Source of the DNA: Thermoproteus tenax Kra 1
GTDB lineage: Archaea; Thermoproteota; Thermoprotei; Thermoproteales; Thermoproteaceae
Direction: 5' to 3'
Assembly: GCF_000253055.1 (NCBI RefSeq)
Contig: NC_016070.1
Coordinates: 1,080,001 to 1,112,000, forward strand
Length of the DNA stretch: 32,000 bases
A program made the position numbers and the translations under genes. The notes under the pieces were generated by a model, which saw nothing but the letters and a program-made list of their open reading frames with translations, had not been told where the DNA came from and ran no database searches. Below, piece after piece: positions 29,399 through 32,000 of the stretch; positions within the stretch are counted from its first letter, which is position 1, and every line of letters begins with the position of its first letter.

Positions 29399-30928
29399 TC
29401 ACCTAAAGCAGACTCCGGCTCTGCACACGCCCCTTAGGTGCTCCTCGAACTCCTCTCTGAATCTGCCGAGTGCGTCCAAGAACACCTTCCCCGCCGCCTG
29501 GCCCAGGCCGCATAGGGAGGTCTCCATCATGGTCTTGGCCACGGACTCGGCCCACTTCAGATCCTCCTCGGTCGCCCTCCCCGCTTTAATCCTCCGCATA
29601 ATCTCAACAAGCTCCCTAGTGCCCAGTCTGCACGGCTCGCATTTGCCGCACGACTCGGCCGCGAAGAACTGGGCCACTTCATACATGGCGTCCACGATGC
29701 ACCTCCCGTTGGACAGAACTATCACCGAGCCTGTGCCGAGCCCGACGCCGGCCTTCCTGGCGCCGTCGAAATCGAGGGCGATGTCGGCGTCTCCAGGCAG
29801 CAGTCCGCCCGAGACTCCCCCTATGAAGACGGCCTTTACATCGGAGGCGCCGCTGGCCTTGAGGAGCTCCCCGAGCCTCGTGCCCATTTTGAGGACGTAT
29901 ACGCCCGGCCTCTCCACGTCGCCGGTGACCGAGTAGCGCTTCTCTACGGCGGGCTCTCTGCCCTCGTAGTACGCCCTCAAAATGTCGACGAGCACAGCTA
30001 TGGTCTCCACGTTGTTGACGACGGTGGGCTTTCCATAGAGCCCCCTCTCCGTGGGGTACGGAGGCCTCACCCTCGGCTCCCCCCTCCTCCCCTCCAGCGC
30101 CTCCAACAGCGCTGTCTCCTCGCCTACTACGTAGGAGCCGCCCACGGACACGACGCTAATTGGCGGGGCCGCCGCGCCCCTCGAGGCGAGGAAGGCCCTC
30201 AGCTCCTCCAGCGCTGCCTCCAACACTGCCCTCGCCGCCTCGTAGTCCTCCCTCACTGCGATGATGGCCTCGTCGACGTCCAACACCAGCGACGCTATGA
30301 GCGTCCCCTCCAAAAGCTTGTGTGGGTTCGACTCTACGAGCTCTCTGTCCTTGAAGGTGCCGGGCTCCCCCTCGTGGAAGTTCACCACGAGGTACTTGGG
30401 CCTGTCGGGGTTGGACAACAAAGAGCGCCACTTGGCCGCCGTGGGGAACCCGGCGCCCCCCAGCCCCCTCAAGTTCGCCCTGTCGAGGAGCGAGAGCACG
30501 AAGGATCTGTCCCGCTCCTCCAAGAGCCTCAGAGCGGCCGAATAGCCCCCCTCTTTGACGTAGGCGTCGAGCCTTTTGTAGGCCCTCAGAGCCTCCTCCT
30601 TCCCCGGTATCTCCTGTAGAGAGCCGCGGTATGTATAGAGCCTTCCTCCGATCTTAACTACGGGCCCCTTGTCGCAATAGCCCAGGCAGTAGGCCGTCGA
30701 GAACTTTACGCCGCGTCTCTCGAGCTCCTCGGCCGCCCGCCTCGCTCCCTTCAGAACGCAAGGGAGGCCCATACAGACTTGGTTCTCCTCTCGCCCTAGA
30801 TAGAACGTGGCGATCCCCTTCAGAGCTGAGACGGGCACATTGTACCTCCGGGCCGTCTCTCTGAGGCCGGAGGACCGCCCCTCGAGCACCTCTCGGGCCG
30901 CCTGCCTGAGCCTCGAGTTGTAGTCCAC
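29399..30928 (-). CDS. fdhB: NAD(P)-linked formate dehydrogenase beta subunit (fused NuoE-like/NuoF-like flavoprotein)
   Basis: 509 aa with a GTG start. The NuoE-like cysteines are CMGLPC...CLGYCDKGP. The NuoF NADH/FMN site is GLGGAGFPTAAKW. The 4Fe-4S motif is ESCGKCEPCRLGT. TTTTATT on the minus strand (30953-30947) lies about 22 nt upstream of the start. Confidence 0.85.
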   Translation of the reverse strand: MDYNSRLRQAAREVLEGRSSGLRETARRYNVPVSALKGIATFYLGREENQVCMGLPCVLKGARRAAEELERRGVKFSTAYCLGYCDKGPVVKIGGRLYTYRGSLQEIPGKEEALRAYKRLDAYVKEGGYSAALRLLEERDRSFVLSLLDRANLRGLGGAGFPTAAKWRSLLSNPDRPKYLVVNFHEGEPGTFKDRELVESNPHKLLEGTLIASLVLDVDEAIIAVREDYEAARAVLEAALEELRAFLASRGAAAPPISVVSVGGSYVVGEETALLEALEGRRGEPRVRPPYPTERGLYGKPTVVNNVETIAVLVDILRAYYEGREPAVEKRYSVTGDVERPGVYVLKMGTRLGELLKASGASDVKAVFIGGVSGGLLPGDADIALDFDGARKAGVGLGTGSVIVLSNGRCIVDAMYEVAQFFAAESCGKCEPCRLGTRELVEIMRRIKAGRATEEDLKWAESVAKTMMETSLCGLGQAAGKVFLDALGRFREEFEEHLRGVCRAGVCFR

Positions 30929-31408
30929 GGACTCTTGGAGGAGCGGAATAAAACGTTTTCATCGTTGTCGATGGGCGACAGATGCCGAGAAGTTTGAGAT
31001 CGACTGCGAGTTCGTCTCTCGTCTGCGTCCGACTTGGGGCCATCGCGACGTTCTCCTAGTGCTGGCGCAGAGCTTCACCGCTTCCGACGCCGCCGAAGGA
31101 AACCCAGCAGAGGACAACGCTGACACTGCTTGAGGGCCGCGGCCAGAGCCGTCTCCCGCTTCTCCGGAGTTTAAGGCCAGATGGAGCGCGTAAGTGCGCT
31201 GAGATGATCGTCGGAGATCGCAACGCATAGCCTTGGGCGCCTAGATCGACGCCTATGTAATACGTCATATCACGCCTTGATGAATTGTTTTTAGCTATAA
31301 TCACTATAGATATTGTGATCAAAAATTTATGTAATTTTACACTTTACTCGGGGCTTGCATCGCCGCAATGCGCTAAAAGCAGCTCGGAAGACGGTACCAT
31401 GTGGAGCA

Positions 31409-32000
31409 TCATTTGGGGAAAAATAAAGTGACTAGTAGGAGCGCAATGAGTATCACCACGATGCGCGCGATGCCGAAGGAGATGAATAGGTTCCACACCT
31501 TGTACTGTTTCATTAACGAGAAGCGTGTGTTCAGCCCTATCGCTATGAAAGTCAGCCCGAACAACAAGACTCTAAATGGATCTGTGCCTTGCAACACTAC
31601 CACTGGAACTACGGCCTTTGTGGCTGCGTCGATCGGATTCGGCTGAGCGGCGAAGGCTGAGCCGGCCAAAGCCGCAATGAGCGCAGAGACTGCCAGACTG
31701 GTGAAGAAGTAGCCTAGGACAAACTTTGGAAATCTAAACCAGAGCTCCATAGGCGAGGGCCTCCTCCGCGCCGACTGAGCGCCCCCCGAGCGCCTCGGCT
31801 CTACGAAGAAGGCCCATATCAACGCGAGGACGAAGGCCACTACGCCGATCCAGATGTCTATCAACATCTTGGTCATTACTCCTATAGTCAACGGGGCATC
31901 TAGCCCCACCCCCCTGGCCACTATCTCCGCCGATGCGGCCGCGGCTCCGTCCGTCTTGACCGAGAGCCCCATCCATGCTCCGGCGGCAGCCGGCGACAGT
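31409..32000 (-). CDS. YeiH/UPF0324-like integral membrane protein (C-terminal part; 5' end outside the window)
   Basis: The frame stays open to the window edge upstream of the listed Met (..LSPAAAGAWMGLSVKTDG..). It contains several hydrophobic helices. The family call is from general resemblance only. Confidence 0.5.
   Translation of the reverse strand, partial: LSPAAAGAWMGLSVKTDGAAAASAEIVARGVGLDAPLTIGVMTKMLIDIWIGVVAFVLALIWAFFVEPRRSGGAQSARRRPSPMELWFRFPKFVLGYFFTSLAVSALIAALAGSAFAAQPNPIDAATKAVVPVVVLQGTDPFRVLLFGLTFIAIGLNTRFSLMKQYKVWNLFISFGIARIVVILIALLLVTLFFPK

Noticed and set aside
31270-31345. A UGAUGA (C-box-like) sequence in the A/T-rich intergenic region, as a possible C/D box sRNA.
   Set aside because: There is no CUGA D box at the right spacing, no C'/D' pair and no terminal stem.

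Overview
High-GC (about 60% by eye) archaeal sequence. The repeat family, gene order and leaderless-style promoters suggest a Thermoproteales-like crenarchaeon (Pyrobaculum/Thermoproteus); that assignment is inference from memory, not a search. The window is a CRISPR super-locus. It holds three arrays of one 24-nt repeat family ending in ATTGAAAG: 32, 25 and 16 intact repeats, with decayed trailer repeats on arrays 1 and 2. Each array has a roughly 310-bp homologous leader. A full type I-A gene set lies between arrays 1 and 2. The minus strand carries csa1(cas4')-cas1-cas2-cas4, with cas1 visibly decayed. The plus strand carries csa3 and the tightly overlapping operon csa5-cas7-cas5a-cas3'-cas3''-cas8a2. 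A Csx1-like CARF/HEPN gene sits upstream of leader 1. Two gene sets are not standard cas genes and are the best candidates for an undescribed system. (1) Between cas8a2 and array 2 there is an ABC-like ATPase coupled to a 146-aa Cys-rich protein, with a second, convergent, frameshifted ABC-like ATPase. (2) Between arrays 2 and 3 there is a NurA nuclease, a small CARF-like protein (frameshifted at a G5 run) and a HerA/DUF87 ATPase. The right third is ordinary metabolism: an MFS transporter, a frameshifted CoA-disulfide-reductase/NADH-oxidase-like gene, formate dehydrogenase alpha plus a NuoE/F-like subunit, and a partial YeiH-like membrane protein. All family calls rest on motifs read by eye. 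No database search was possible.
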